From Chrysemys picta bellii (lineage: Eukaryota): 64,000 bases of DNA. Position 1 is the first letter of the stretch. Each line of letters starts with the position of its first letter. Location of the stretch: positions 94,798,001-94,862,000 of the forward strand of contig NC_088794.1 in NCBI RefSeq assembly GCF_011386835.1, written 5' to 3'. Shown in pieces: positions 12,590 through 23,651 of this stretch. The notes beneath the pieces are model-generated. The model had not been told where the DNA came from and searched no databases. It saw nothing but the letters and a program-made list of their open reading frames with translations. The position numbers and the translations under genes were made by a program.

Positions 12590-14830
12590 TGGTTCACATG
12601 AGGGATGTGCACAATCCTGTGCACTCAAATGTGTTAGGGAAGTCTGTGCCTGTGCTGTACATCTCCCCTTGCTTGACTACAAGGGCATATAGGGAGGAGA
12701 GGACCTGCACCATTCTAGTTCCTTCTCAGCTGTAGAGCATGGTAGACTCTGAAGCAGAGGGGAAAGAGTGGGATAGTGGAGCACCCCATAGGGACAAAAT
12801 ATATCAAAAAACTCCAGTTATGGTACAAAGTAAGTAACCTCTCCTTTTTCAGTTATCGTTCCTTGGGGTGCTCCATGTGACAAGACTCCTGAGCAGTACC
12901 TTAAGGAGGAGGGTGATCCAGTATACAGTGTAGAACAGCTTCACCAAAGGCCATGCCCATTCTGGAAGCATGGAGTAAGGCATAATGCTGTGAAAACTTG
13001 TGAACCAAGAGCCAGGTGACTGCCTTGCAAATGTCATTAATGAGTGCCATCCTATGGAGGGCAATTGAAGTGGATTGAGCTCCAGTACAGTTAGCAGTGA
13101 GACTCTAGGAGGTGGGGTGTACACCAGTGGACTCATAGCATGCCAAAATGCAACCTGAGGACCACTAAATCTGAGAAGAGATGTTTGACCTCTCAGCAAA
13201 GGAAACAAAAAGCCTTCATGGGGAACTCTGAAGAGCTCAGTTCAGTGAAGGTAGGAAGCCTGGGCTCATCTTCCATCCAGTAGGTGGAGGCTGGTCTTTT
13301 CCCTGAGCAAGTAGGGCTTAGGGAAAAAGCCAGCAGTTAAATATCCTGATTGATGGGGAACTCTGACACTTTAGGTAGAAGTGAAGGTGGGGATGCAATA
13401 TAATTGTCTGGCTAAACTGTATATGGGAGAGGAGAAGTCAGCTTGAGGGCTCCTAGTTCCACTAGCCTGGCTGAGGTGATTGCCACCAGGAATGAAGTCT
13501 TGAAGGACAGATGGAGCAGTGAGCTGGTCACCTTGGGCTCAAAAGGAGGCCCTGTTAGGTTATGTCTATGCAGCAATTGAACACCCATGGCTAGCCAGAT
13601 CAAGTGGCTCTGGGGTTGGGGGTAAGGGGGTACTGCAAAATTGCTGTGCAGCTGTTTGGGCTCAGGTGGGAGCCCAAGCTCTGGGGCGCTGCAAGGGGGG
13701 GGGAAGGTCCCGGAGCCCAGGCTCTAGCCTGAGACCAAACATCTGCACAGCAATTTTTAGGCCTACAGCCTAAGCCCCATGAGCCTGAGTCAAGCAATCT
13801 GGACCAGCCATAGCCAGGGTCTTTTATTCTAGTGTAGATGTACCCTTAATATGTAAGGCACTGAATTGAGGTCCCAGGGTGGGGTAGGGTCCCACACTGA
13901 AGGCAACAGGTTAAGGAGTCCCTCGAATTTTGCTGTAGGATATGTGAAGAGTGAGAAACAGTCAATTGACAAGTAGAGTGCAGTGATGGCAGCTAAATGA
14001 ATCAAGGTCAGGGACAACCCTAGCAATTTCAGGTCTAGGAGGTAGCTGAGGATGGATATCAGAGGAGCACAAGTAGGAGATATGGAGCGTTGGGTGTACT
14101 TTCTGGAAATGCTTCCACTTCTGCAGGTAAGTCTTTTGTGTGGTAAATTTTCAATCTAATAGCACTGACCTGGACGTCAGGAAAACATCCCTGCTTTAGG
14201 CCTGAGAATCATCAGGAAGCCAGGCCTTGTGGTGGGTTATGGAGTTCAACTCCTTGGGTTGGTGGGGCTTTCACTAGAGGAAAGCAAAGAGGCAGACATG
14301 TTGCCAGGTCAGCCACATCAGGGCTATGAAAATGGTCACTACTTTCTCATTTCAGTTTGAGCAGGGCTTTGTGGATCAGTGGAATTAAGGGGAAGGTGTA
14401 TAAGAGACCCAAAGGGCAAGGAGGGGGCTCCCAAGGAGTTGCAACCATGCTCCACCACCTTAAGAACTGATGACATTTAATATTGGAAAATATGGCGGCG
14501 ACCTACAGGAGACACCAGGTAAGGCAGCTCTTGCCTGTGGTCTTGATGGAAAAATCTGCTCAGCAAGTCTGCAATCAATCATGTTCTATAATGCCATCAA
14601 AGAGACTGCTAAGATAAGTATTCATGGAGCTATGCACTAGTTCCATAGCCTCACCAGCTCTGTGTATGGATCAGGATTTTGCTCCTCCTTGGCAGATTAT
14701 ATAATACATGCTCATTCAGTTGTCCAACATCACTGTGGTTGGCCTTGAAGGAGATGGAAGTAATGCCTAAGGTACTGCTCAAAGTTTGAGGACTGATGTG
14801 TAGCAACAACTGTCATGGAGCCCATCTGTA
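12590..14830 (-). mobile_element. Decayed DIRS retrotransposon 3' half (RNase H/methyltransferase/tyrosine recombinase relics plus ICR/terminal repeat)
   Basis: Minus-strand relics FLVAITSARLVELGAL (tyrosine-recombinase Arg motif, about 13450-13500), DICKAVTWLLVHKFSQHYA (C-terminal Tyr motif, about 12980-13035) and PTPPWDLNSV. An inverted pair ggagcacccc / ggggtgctcc around 12780-12875 resembles a DIRS internal complementary region. Confidence 0.75.
13558..13845. mobile_element. Harbinger-type MITE inserted in the DIRS recombinase region
   Basis: Ends GGTTATGTCTA / TAGATGTACCC; TTA TSD on both sides; same family as the 3073 copy. Confidence 0.72.
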
Positions 14831-16576
14831 TCATCTTTTAAATGAGTGCCACAGCTGAGAAAAGAGGTGGATATGAGAAGGGGATTCCCATGCAGACTGA
14901 CATCCTTGCACCTAGGTGTCTCAAACTGGGTACCCAAAAACACCTTCGAGGAGTTTTTGGTTTAGTGACTTGCCTAGCATCACAGGAATAGGACAGAACC
15001 CAATTCTCCAGAGCAGCATTCAACTGCCTTAACCATAAGACCATCCCCTCTCTTTCTACCTTCCACTGCCTTTTTCAGTGTATGCTTTCCAACTTCTGCA
15101 ACAAATGAGGCTGGGTCCTATCGGCAATAGCCTCTTTCACTACACAACTCTGATTCATTGCCAAAGGATGTCTATCCTGTGCACTGACAGGAGGAAGGGG
15201 TTCCTGTGGAAAAAACAGAATGTGATCATGTAATTAAAGACTCTCCCAATGCATGCACACAAGGGGAATGAACTGACATTGCACAGGAAACCTTAATTCT
15301 GGCATTTCCTAACTTGAGTATTTGACTCTGCAAGGTTAATGTAGTTTGTGTATGTAGGTTCCTAGGTTTTTAAAAATCAAAATTCCATCATGTGGCATAT
15401 CAACACCCACACAGGTTAGCAGCAGTGTTGGAACCTTTACATCTACCACACCAACCTCTGCCAGTTCAGCTAACACAGTAACTGATTAGCAATAGTAGGG
15501 TCTCCTCCTTTCTGTGGACCAGTGCTAGATGGGGACTGGACACTCAGCCAGTGGGTTTCCCAGATATTAGCTGACAGCTGAGGAAAGCAATCTTGGGTTC
15601 CATTCCTGACTCTGGAGGAGACTGTTCTCTAATGGTCACAGACTCCTTTCCATCCCTTCTGTGTCTCAGTTCCATCTCTTCCCTGCTCCTAATCCCACTC
15701 CCATTTTCCTTACTTAGCCATTCCCAGTGTGCCCATCACCTCCAATCATTGTCCCAGTCTCCTTGTCCAAACAGTCCCACTTCTCCCACGTATACATGCT
15801 CGTTCCTTATCTGATCTCATTCCCCAGCTCCACTGATCTTCAGTTCCATTCTCCCTCACCACTCCAACTCCCAGTTTCAATTTCCCTCTCCCCCTTCAGT
15901 CCCAGTTTCTGTCCCCCTCTCCTGAGCTACCTGTCCTAATGACAGCTTTTGTTCCCTCTGCATTCAAATCAGGCAACTTCCTCCTATGCGTGGGGGTGGG
16001 GGTGCGTGGTGCGAGTACAGAATTACCCAATGCAGTCCAGAGCTACAATTGCATAGATAGTCCTGCCAACACTGTGCTGGAGCATGCCCAATGTGGACCA
16101 AATAGTCAGGGGATGTAGCTGCTAAAATCTATTGAAACTGAGCAAACTGTAATTTTTCAAAATGACTTAACTTGAACAAATTTGGGCAGATTTTCATAGG
16201 AAAGGCAAATGGCACATCCCTGACATAAAGGCCACCTGCCAAATTGTGTGCTAGAGATTTTCAAAGAAAAAGTCATCAGAAATGTTTTAAATGTGTGCAA
16301 AACAATGTACATTTCCCTAGCTGTGTTCTTGTAAATGGCTGAATCATTTGGGCTGAAGTTTTTCAAACTAATTCAGCCTGAGGCACATTAAAGTTTTGGC
16401 AGAGTTGTTTAGAACTCTGAAAACAAGGTCTTATAATGAGAAGGGTCAGGTAACCTTATTAGGCAGAACTACCCGTTCCACCTGAAACAACATGGCTACC
16501 TTCTAGCTTGTCTTTTTTTTCCCCCCCTAACAAATGACACACAATGAGGTTTCAGTGCATTCTCAGCCCGTGCTGC

Positions 16577-16582
16577 TTTATT
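16577..16582 (-). terminator. Candidate Cyrano poly(A) signal (GCAAUAAA)
   Basis: The minus strand reads GCAATAAA, about 20 nt, CA, then GT-rich ttgtgtgtcatttgtt. Alternative TTTATT hexamers occur at higher coordinates (e.g. about 19.19 and 21.55 kb). Confidence 0.55.
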
Positions 16583-17107
16583 GCTAAAAAAATTGTATAC
16601 AGGTGCAGAGTTTCCAAGTTCATTTTTAAACAGTTCCTCTTTACAGTGTCAAAAGAATAAAGTCTTTTCTTCAAATCCCCAAAGATGCATAGATATAAAA
16701 GCAAGCTGCCTTTTGGAAAACTTCAGCTATATACAGGGAGAAATTTTCAGTATAACCACATAAAACACACTATCCAATGGAGTAAATAGGTTCCAGTGTT
16801 GCCACTAAATTCCTTCTCTAATCTTTCCTGTGCATGGTCTATTGAATACAATAAAAATGTGATCATGCTATTAGACGTTCAGTATTCTCTAACCTAGTTT
16901 CCAAACTTAAGGACTAAACTTTTTTTTTTTTTAAAGGCATCTACTCTATCCCCTTCCTATGTTGGAGCTGAAGACCACCTTCAACATTTCTCCTCTGCTC
17001 TTCCACCATGCTCCTCAAAGAGATTATTTACAAGGAAGTTTTATTTCCTTTTTGTTTAGAAGGGAAATAAGTGTGTGTTTGTAAATACACTAACTGCTTA
17101 CCGCTCA

Positions 17108-17393
17108 GGCAATGTCTACACTACAAATACTACAGTGACAGAAAAAACTCTTCCATTGTTGTAATGTACACTACAGTTGTGCCACTGTAGTGTACATTAC
17201 AACAATGGAAGAGTTTTTTCTGTCACTGTAGTAACTCCACCAACTTGAATTCTTAACCTCGCTACTGTCACTCTTCTGTCTACCTAGCCATAGGGGGTTT
17301 ATGTCAGCATAGGTGCAACATTCAGGGGTGTAGATTTTTCACACCCTGAGTGTCGTTACTATGTTGACCTGAATTTTAAGTGCAGACCAGTCC
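17108..17393. mobile_element. Harbinger-type MITE containing a perfect 50-bp palindrome
   Basis: Ends GGCAATGTCTACACT / AGTGCAGACCAGTCC; flanks TCA/TTA. Confidence 0.7.
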
Positions 17394-20300
17394 TTATTTG
17401 TGGTGGTGGTGGTGGGGGGGGGGGGGGGAAGGGAGATACTAATGCAGGATTTTAAACTGAAGAGTAGTCCTGAAGGATGTCCAGTAGGGTTAAACATGTT
17501 TTAACTATTCCTTTTTGCCTACAGAAGTTGGCCCAGAGGAAAAATTTCAACCATATTCTGATACTATAAAATACAGTCATCACAGATTAAACCTTAATAT
17601 TCCCTTTTGCATTTGGCAACTACTGTATATCTAAAGAAAGAACAATGAGAAAAAAACATATGGCCCCCACACCAAGCCTGCAGTGTGGGTGTGCTTGTAT
17701 TACACTGGCTAAGAATGTAGACAGGTGTTAACTTGACCCATAAACCCTTCCTCTTGCCCCATTTTGTTTCTTCAAAGAAACAGGAGGGAATTTCTGACAG
17801 AGGGATTTTCACATAAACTAGGTCCTCCTGCAAAGTTAGATGTAGCCATAATAAGATAGAAGTAAGGAATCTCGCAAACTACTTGTCTCAGTCTGAGAGC
17901 TTCTATGAGTTTACATGCTTCAGTCTAGGAAAAGCAGCATTAGTTCTTGTGCTCTGCTACAGATACCATAACTTTTTTTTTTGTACATTCTCAGCAGAAA
18001 TTTTCCCCAAACACCCACAAAATGGCTCAAGAAATATTCTTTACAGAAAACATAGTAAAAATTTGCAAACAAATAGATGGCACCTGATTTCCATTAGTTC
18101 TCTCATGTCACTCTTTTTAATCAGTGAAATTAAGAACAAAACATATTGTCACCTATGTTGCTAGAGGTCAGGACACCCATTGAGCAAATCTCATTTTGTA
18201 ACTTTTTAAAAAATTTTAGTCTCAGAGCTCAACAAAATAAACACACAAGTTTGTCAAAAATTTCAGGTTCATTCTTACAGGGTGCCATTACTGCTGGTTC
18301 ATACCAGTATGCTTCAGTACAGCAGCCTATGAGGCTAAAGAGTTACCTGAAAATACTATTAAAAAGCTATTCAACACCTGAAATATGTGGACTGTGCTTA
18401 TTGATTTCAACCCCCTCCAAAGAATTTACCTCCCTAGGTCAAGACCTCTTTCACCTATTGTCAGGCAAATCCTACACTCAGTTTACTATGAGTCAGTTTT
18501 TATGTTATCCAACTTGGATTTCACCTGTTGCCCTCCCCACACCCTGGGAAACTCTGCACCTTTCTGTTTGCTACAATTGCAGCAGCTGAGAAACCTCATC
18601 TCGCCACTAAACATGCTTAGTTCATGCCCTGTTTTTTACATGCTCAGGGCACTAATGTGAACCAGGCAAGAGGTTAAAAAGGCGAGTTCTGATCCTCGTT
18701 CCTGATATGCAGTTTTGGTGCCATGCTTCTGTCCCTATCTGTATAATCTGCCCCTTTCTCTACAGAGGCAGTGCATTCTCTAAAAACAACATTTGAGAAT
18801 CAAAGCAGTAAGTTCAAGCTATTGGTATATTAGTTCCTATTGCTTCATTATGAATAAATGCATATCTGAATTTACTGGTAATAACTATGTAACACTAGAC
18901 ATTTTGAATCATGCATAATTAGAATACTAGCTCTATAAGACTTGATTTGTGGGCCTGTGCCACTCTTCCTCATTTTGTCCATGCAGTTCTTTGTGCCTAG
19001 GGCTTCACAAATGAACATTCTCTTAGTTGCCCTGCAAACACACATTCAGTTTGAGAGAAAACAGAATTTACACAGGACATATGCTACAGCAAGTTAGAAC
19101 ATCTGACAGTAAAGATAAAAGGTAAGCCTTAGAGAATTTGGGTATACTGTGACTGCTTGGTACTTAGGTTTAGTGCCAGACATATCCTTTATTTATGCTG
19201 TGTATGTATACACATTATTCTGAAGTCAAACTTCAGGAAAAAGTGCAAAGCAGACTGAAGGAAAACGTATGTGTGTGGGGGTGTCCATAGGTAGCATTCT
19301 GCACTATGTGAGACACCCAGGTACCACTGTTGGCCCTTCGTGCCTTAGCCTGGCCATACTGTGGAGGCAACATGCTGAACCTTTGGGAGGAAAGGCTACA
19401 CCTTGAACTGCCCAACATATAGCCCTCTGGCTCAAGTAAAAAGCTGTACGAATGGACTTGGGAGGAAATCTCAGCTAGACTCCATTCACAGCTGAAAGGA
19501 TGGTCACTGCAATGCAGGGGAAAAAGGGGTCTCTAAGAGCACTGACAAACTTCCCCAGAAAAGGTTCTGTTCTCCCATTATTACGGAGAGGTAATTCCAT
19601 AAAACCCTGAAAATAACCTTGACAGCAGAGCTGGTAGTGAAGTCCTGTTTAAAATATCGTTGTCCTGAAACTTGCCACAGCTCTCTATTCCCAAAAACTT
19701 GCCACATGGATTTCTTAGTGCTGTGAAGGTCCTTAACAGCCAGCTGTATCAAGCAGGAGCTGCAATTCACAGCATAGGTACTGGCTAGAACTTCTCCAGC
19801 AGCACCAATGAGCAAGAAAGCAGACCACAGGTTCCTGCACAGTCCACACTTCTGATCTAGACTTAGCACTGCTTAGACCTAGTATTAGCATGGCACTACT
19901 TGACAACCACCACATTATCTGAACTTTCTGCTTTGTTTTGCAAGCAAGGAAATCAAGGGCTTGGGGGGGGGGGGGGGGGGAGAGGAGAAAAACCATACCA
20001 CAGCTCAGTGGCCTTAGGGCAGCAGGATCTCTGACATTGCTGCTATGAGCAGTCTTTGGAAATTTAGTCACCCCTGGAGAATAGTACACCAGAAAGTCTG
20101 CACTGGCAGCAACAAGCCGATAGCCTTCAAGTTTTCATTGTAACTGTGTAACACAGTCTTGCAAAACTCTACTCAGCTAGGAAAGTACATATTCTGGAAA
20201 TATGAGCAAGATAGTGTTTTCATTATTATGGTAAAAGACTGGCAATTAGACTTTCGTAATTGTATAAGGCTGGTCTAATACCATCTAGTATGTCTAGGAC

Positions 20301-22135
20301 ATGATCAAGTTAAGGTCTTCTCTGGGTATGTTTCCTCTTTTAATAATAATTTAATGGCTGGAATTTATTTCAAATCACCATCTTTTAGATCACAGGTTTT
20401 CATGTCCAAGACTACTATTGGATATGCCCTACTTGCCAACATTTAACGACTTATCCATACATCCATCTTGGTTACATTATATTAGTGGTGCCCACATTTT
20501 GCCTCAACAGAGGGTCATGTTATCAACTTGCCAGGGGACAAATGGCCCCACCGAGTTTACTAAATAATGAAGCAAAGTTCAGCCACTCTCAGACACTACA
20601 GATGGTAGCATGCAATATCCCATCCTGATCAAAGATATTAAGCCACCACATGGATCAATACACACTTTGGTTTAATAATTCAATTCAGGACAGAACATGG
20701 CATGCTGAGCTGTATATTCTCTGCAGGCTACACTTCTGTACTGAAGACAAGGTCAGCTGTGGGTTATATTTTAAAACTCCATGGGCTCTTTTGAGTGCCC
20801 CTCCAATAGTTGCCAGGGACAAATACCGCAGCAGCAGATCAATTCTCCTCTGCCTTACCAGAGAATCTACTGCAATTGGCTTTGCAAAACTCAAAGGGTG
20901 AACAGAAAACAGTTTTAATCTTAAATGGAAGCATATGGCCAGTTTGTACTTAAAATTTTAAAAGAGGAAGTAGGATAGTCTTTTGAAATAAATAAATCCT
21001 GCAATTCTGTCCCTGCAGAAGAAACATTTGGGTTGTCAACATTTTGCAATACTTTCTTTTCAGGACCTGTCACAGCTCTACTTAGTTTCTTTTTACAAAA
21101 AACAAAAACTCCGCTCTCCAATAAAAGTTTGAATAAAAGCTTTCCAACTGTGGGAAATGGGTCTTCTTCATATCTCAGCACTTTCCTCTCAGAGGCACTG
21201 CACATGCTACACTACAAAACAAACAACAGGGAAAACAGTCACTCATACACAACTGCCCAGTCTTCCCCTATATGCACCAATTCTGACGCATGACCTATAG
21301 TTACCCAGGTTTTATACCAGGCTCATCACCATGGTATTCAAGCGCCATATTCCCTCAAAAGAGGGGAACAGTAAAAGGAATTCTTCCATCTTCTTAAAAA
21401 GAGAGACACTGTTCTCTTCATGCAACTCCCTGCAGCACAGACCACAAACTTATTTGGTTATTACCACTTATTCTACTGTACAATCTTGGTAATGCAAGTT
21501 AGTTACTATTACATGCAAAACAGTTATTGCTACTAAAATTCTAGTTTTATTAAATCTTTTTATGGCTTTGTTTGCATCAGGGATATTTCCCCCTACATAC
21601 TGTGCTATTTTGCATTCCAGTTTCAGAGGTATTTTTTATCAATTGATTCCCCCAAGCACTAAACTACTTGATTCAATGGTATAGCTACTTTTGTTCAGAA
21701 CTGAACTAGCTTTGAGCACAGTTCCCCAGAGCTCTACTGTAAACAGCCCACCTGCCCAATATACATGGAGAGACGGAATATGCAGAGACTCTGTTTTTTA
21801 TTACATAATTAACTCTGCAAGAATCACTGGTTTTGTATCTCAATACATTTTGCCCATTTAATTAATCTAGATCAACTCAGAAACCCAAACTACCCATTTT
21901 TCCCAGGTGGCCATTTACAAGCAGGTCTCAAGAAAAGATGCAGTATCCTCTCTTAGCTGACAGCAGCCTGTTATTTTTAAAACAGAGGTGGATGAAAAAC
22001 AATAGTGACAGAAATTAAAAAGCTATTCCAGGAAATCAGATAGATATGATACACAGATTGTTGCAAACCTGGGTTGGGAGTCATTTCCATCTCTTGCTTC
22101 AGTAGCCTAAACTGCCTGTTTGAGAAAGTGATAAA

Positions 22136-22667
22136 TAAAGTTAAGATTTTGTCACAGTTATTTTTAGTAAAAGTCAGGGACAGGTCATGGGCAATAAAAA
22201 AAATTCAGGGAAGCCCATGATCTGTCTCTGACTTTTACTGAAATAATGGGGATGGGGGAACTGACCAGGAGACGACTGAAGCCCAAGCCCTGCAGTTGGA
22301 GGAGGGGGGAGCTCCAGCACCCACTGCGGTTGACAGCTTCAAGGCCCCTGCAGCTGCTGATGGCTCCAGTGCCAGTGACTGAGAGCTCTGGGGCCCCCAC
22401 TGTCCACAGCGGCTGACAGCTACAGGTCCCCTCTGCTCTCAATGGCTCAGAGCTCCAAGGCCAGTGGCTCAGAGATACGGGACCCCCACTGCCTGCAGTG
22501 GCTGACGGCAGTGGGGCCCCTGCACCCGCAGCGGCTCAGAGCCCCCGCCAGCTGACAGCTCTGGCCCCACCACCCCAGGCACAGGGCTGAAGCTGAAGGG
22601 AAAATGTCACAGAGGTCTCTGAAAGTCACAGAATCTATGACTTCCACGACAAAAAATCTTATCCTTA
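22136..22667. mobile_element. hAT MITE (532 bp) with GC-rich internal repeats, inside the predicted Cyrano last exon
   Basis: TIRs TAAAGTTAAGATTTT / AAAATCTTATCCTTA; perfect 8-bp TSD GTGATAAA (22128-22135, 22668-22675). Confidence 0.82.
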
Positions 22668-23553
22668 GTGATAAACCATTTGGATTTCACCTAGCTCAGC
22701 TTTAGTAGAGGGAGAGGCGTTGTAGAGAGAGAGAGAGAGAGAGAAAATTGCCACGCAGTTAAAAAAAGAAATCAGATAGCTGGGAAAAGTATTGGAAGGG
22801 TCAATCTATAATTTAGGATTCTAAGTGTACAAAACTGACAAAAAACGTATAGACCTCAATTTGAATGTAATGATTTAACTAGTCTTACTAATTAAGATTA
22901 ACATTAGTATCATATTTTTTAAACAGAGTTATTTCTGCAAAATGTTACTCTGCTCAATAGTTAACAGAGCTCATTAATTATACCCATATGAGAAGGCAGC
23001 AGAGTTGCCTATAAAACACGTACAGTGGCTCTTCAGCTTCTGTATGATGGAACGGATGGGTAGTAATGAAGCGGTCTACATAAAGATAGAATCTGCAAGA
23101 ACAGTTTAGGGTGTTTCATTAAGACTAAAAGGAAACAAATGCCACTGTCAATTTGGTGTGTGTCCTGGATTTGTCTTGCAGTTCACCTTATATGGACGAA
23201 GAGAGGATTAGTCTGGATGCTCACAGTCTACTGTTTAGCCTAGATGGACTTTACCAAAAACAATACAAAAAAGTCAGCTATTATTCCACAAAGCCCATCA
23301 ATTTAATAAATTCTGGTTCCAAAGATAACCTTGTCACTACGACTGCCTAAGAAGGATACTGCATCTTTAGACCACGTTCATAACATCTGTTACTGTCTGC
23401 TTTCTACTGTTAAGTTACATTGTTTATTATTGTCATTAATAATTTGCCACTCTGAAATTGTAAAAATACTACTAGGCTCATGCACTGATCCTAACATGGC
23501 ACTACAGTTTGCTACAAAGCACTAATGCTTATGGAACTATACACATCTCAAAA

Positions 23554-23579
23554 TGGAAGACATTGGTGATTTTGTTGTT
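23554..23579 (-). promoter_or_regulatory. Extended miR-7-5p binding site (Cyrano TDMD trigger)
   Basis: + strand TGGAAGAC-ATTG-GTGATTTTGTTGTT versus miR-7-5p UGGAAGAC-UA-GUGAUUUUGUUGUU. The minus-strand RNA therefore has an 8mer seed site, a 4x2 internal loop and 14 contiguous pairs to miRNA nt 11-24. Confidence 0.96.
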
Positions 23580-23643
23580 TTCAAACAACTTGTAACATCA
23601 TTTTGTCCACAAGTATTAAAATATATATATGTATATATATATC

Positions 23644-23651
23644 TATTGCAC
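23644..23651 (-). promoter_or_regulatory. miR-25/32/92/363/367 family 8mer site (GUGCAAUA)
   Basis: TATTGCAC on +, 64 nt 5' of the miR-7 site in transcript orientation. Confidence 0.65.

Noticed and set aside
14850-16400. Composite old repeat with SINE-like and pyrimidine-rich parts
   Set aside because: It looks repetitive, but I could not define ends, a TSD or a family.
23500-23640. A miR-7 gene (pre-miRNA) on the + strand
   Set aside because: The + strand resembles mature miR-7 but has ATTG in place of TA, and there is no downstream star arm to form a precursor hairpin. It is the antisense image of a target site.
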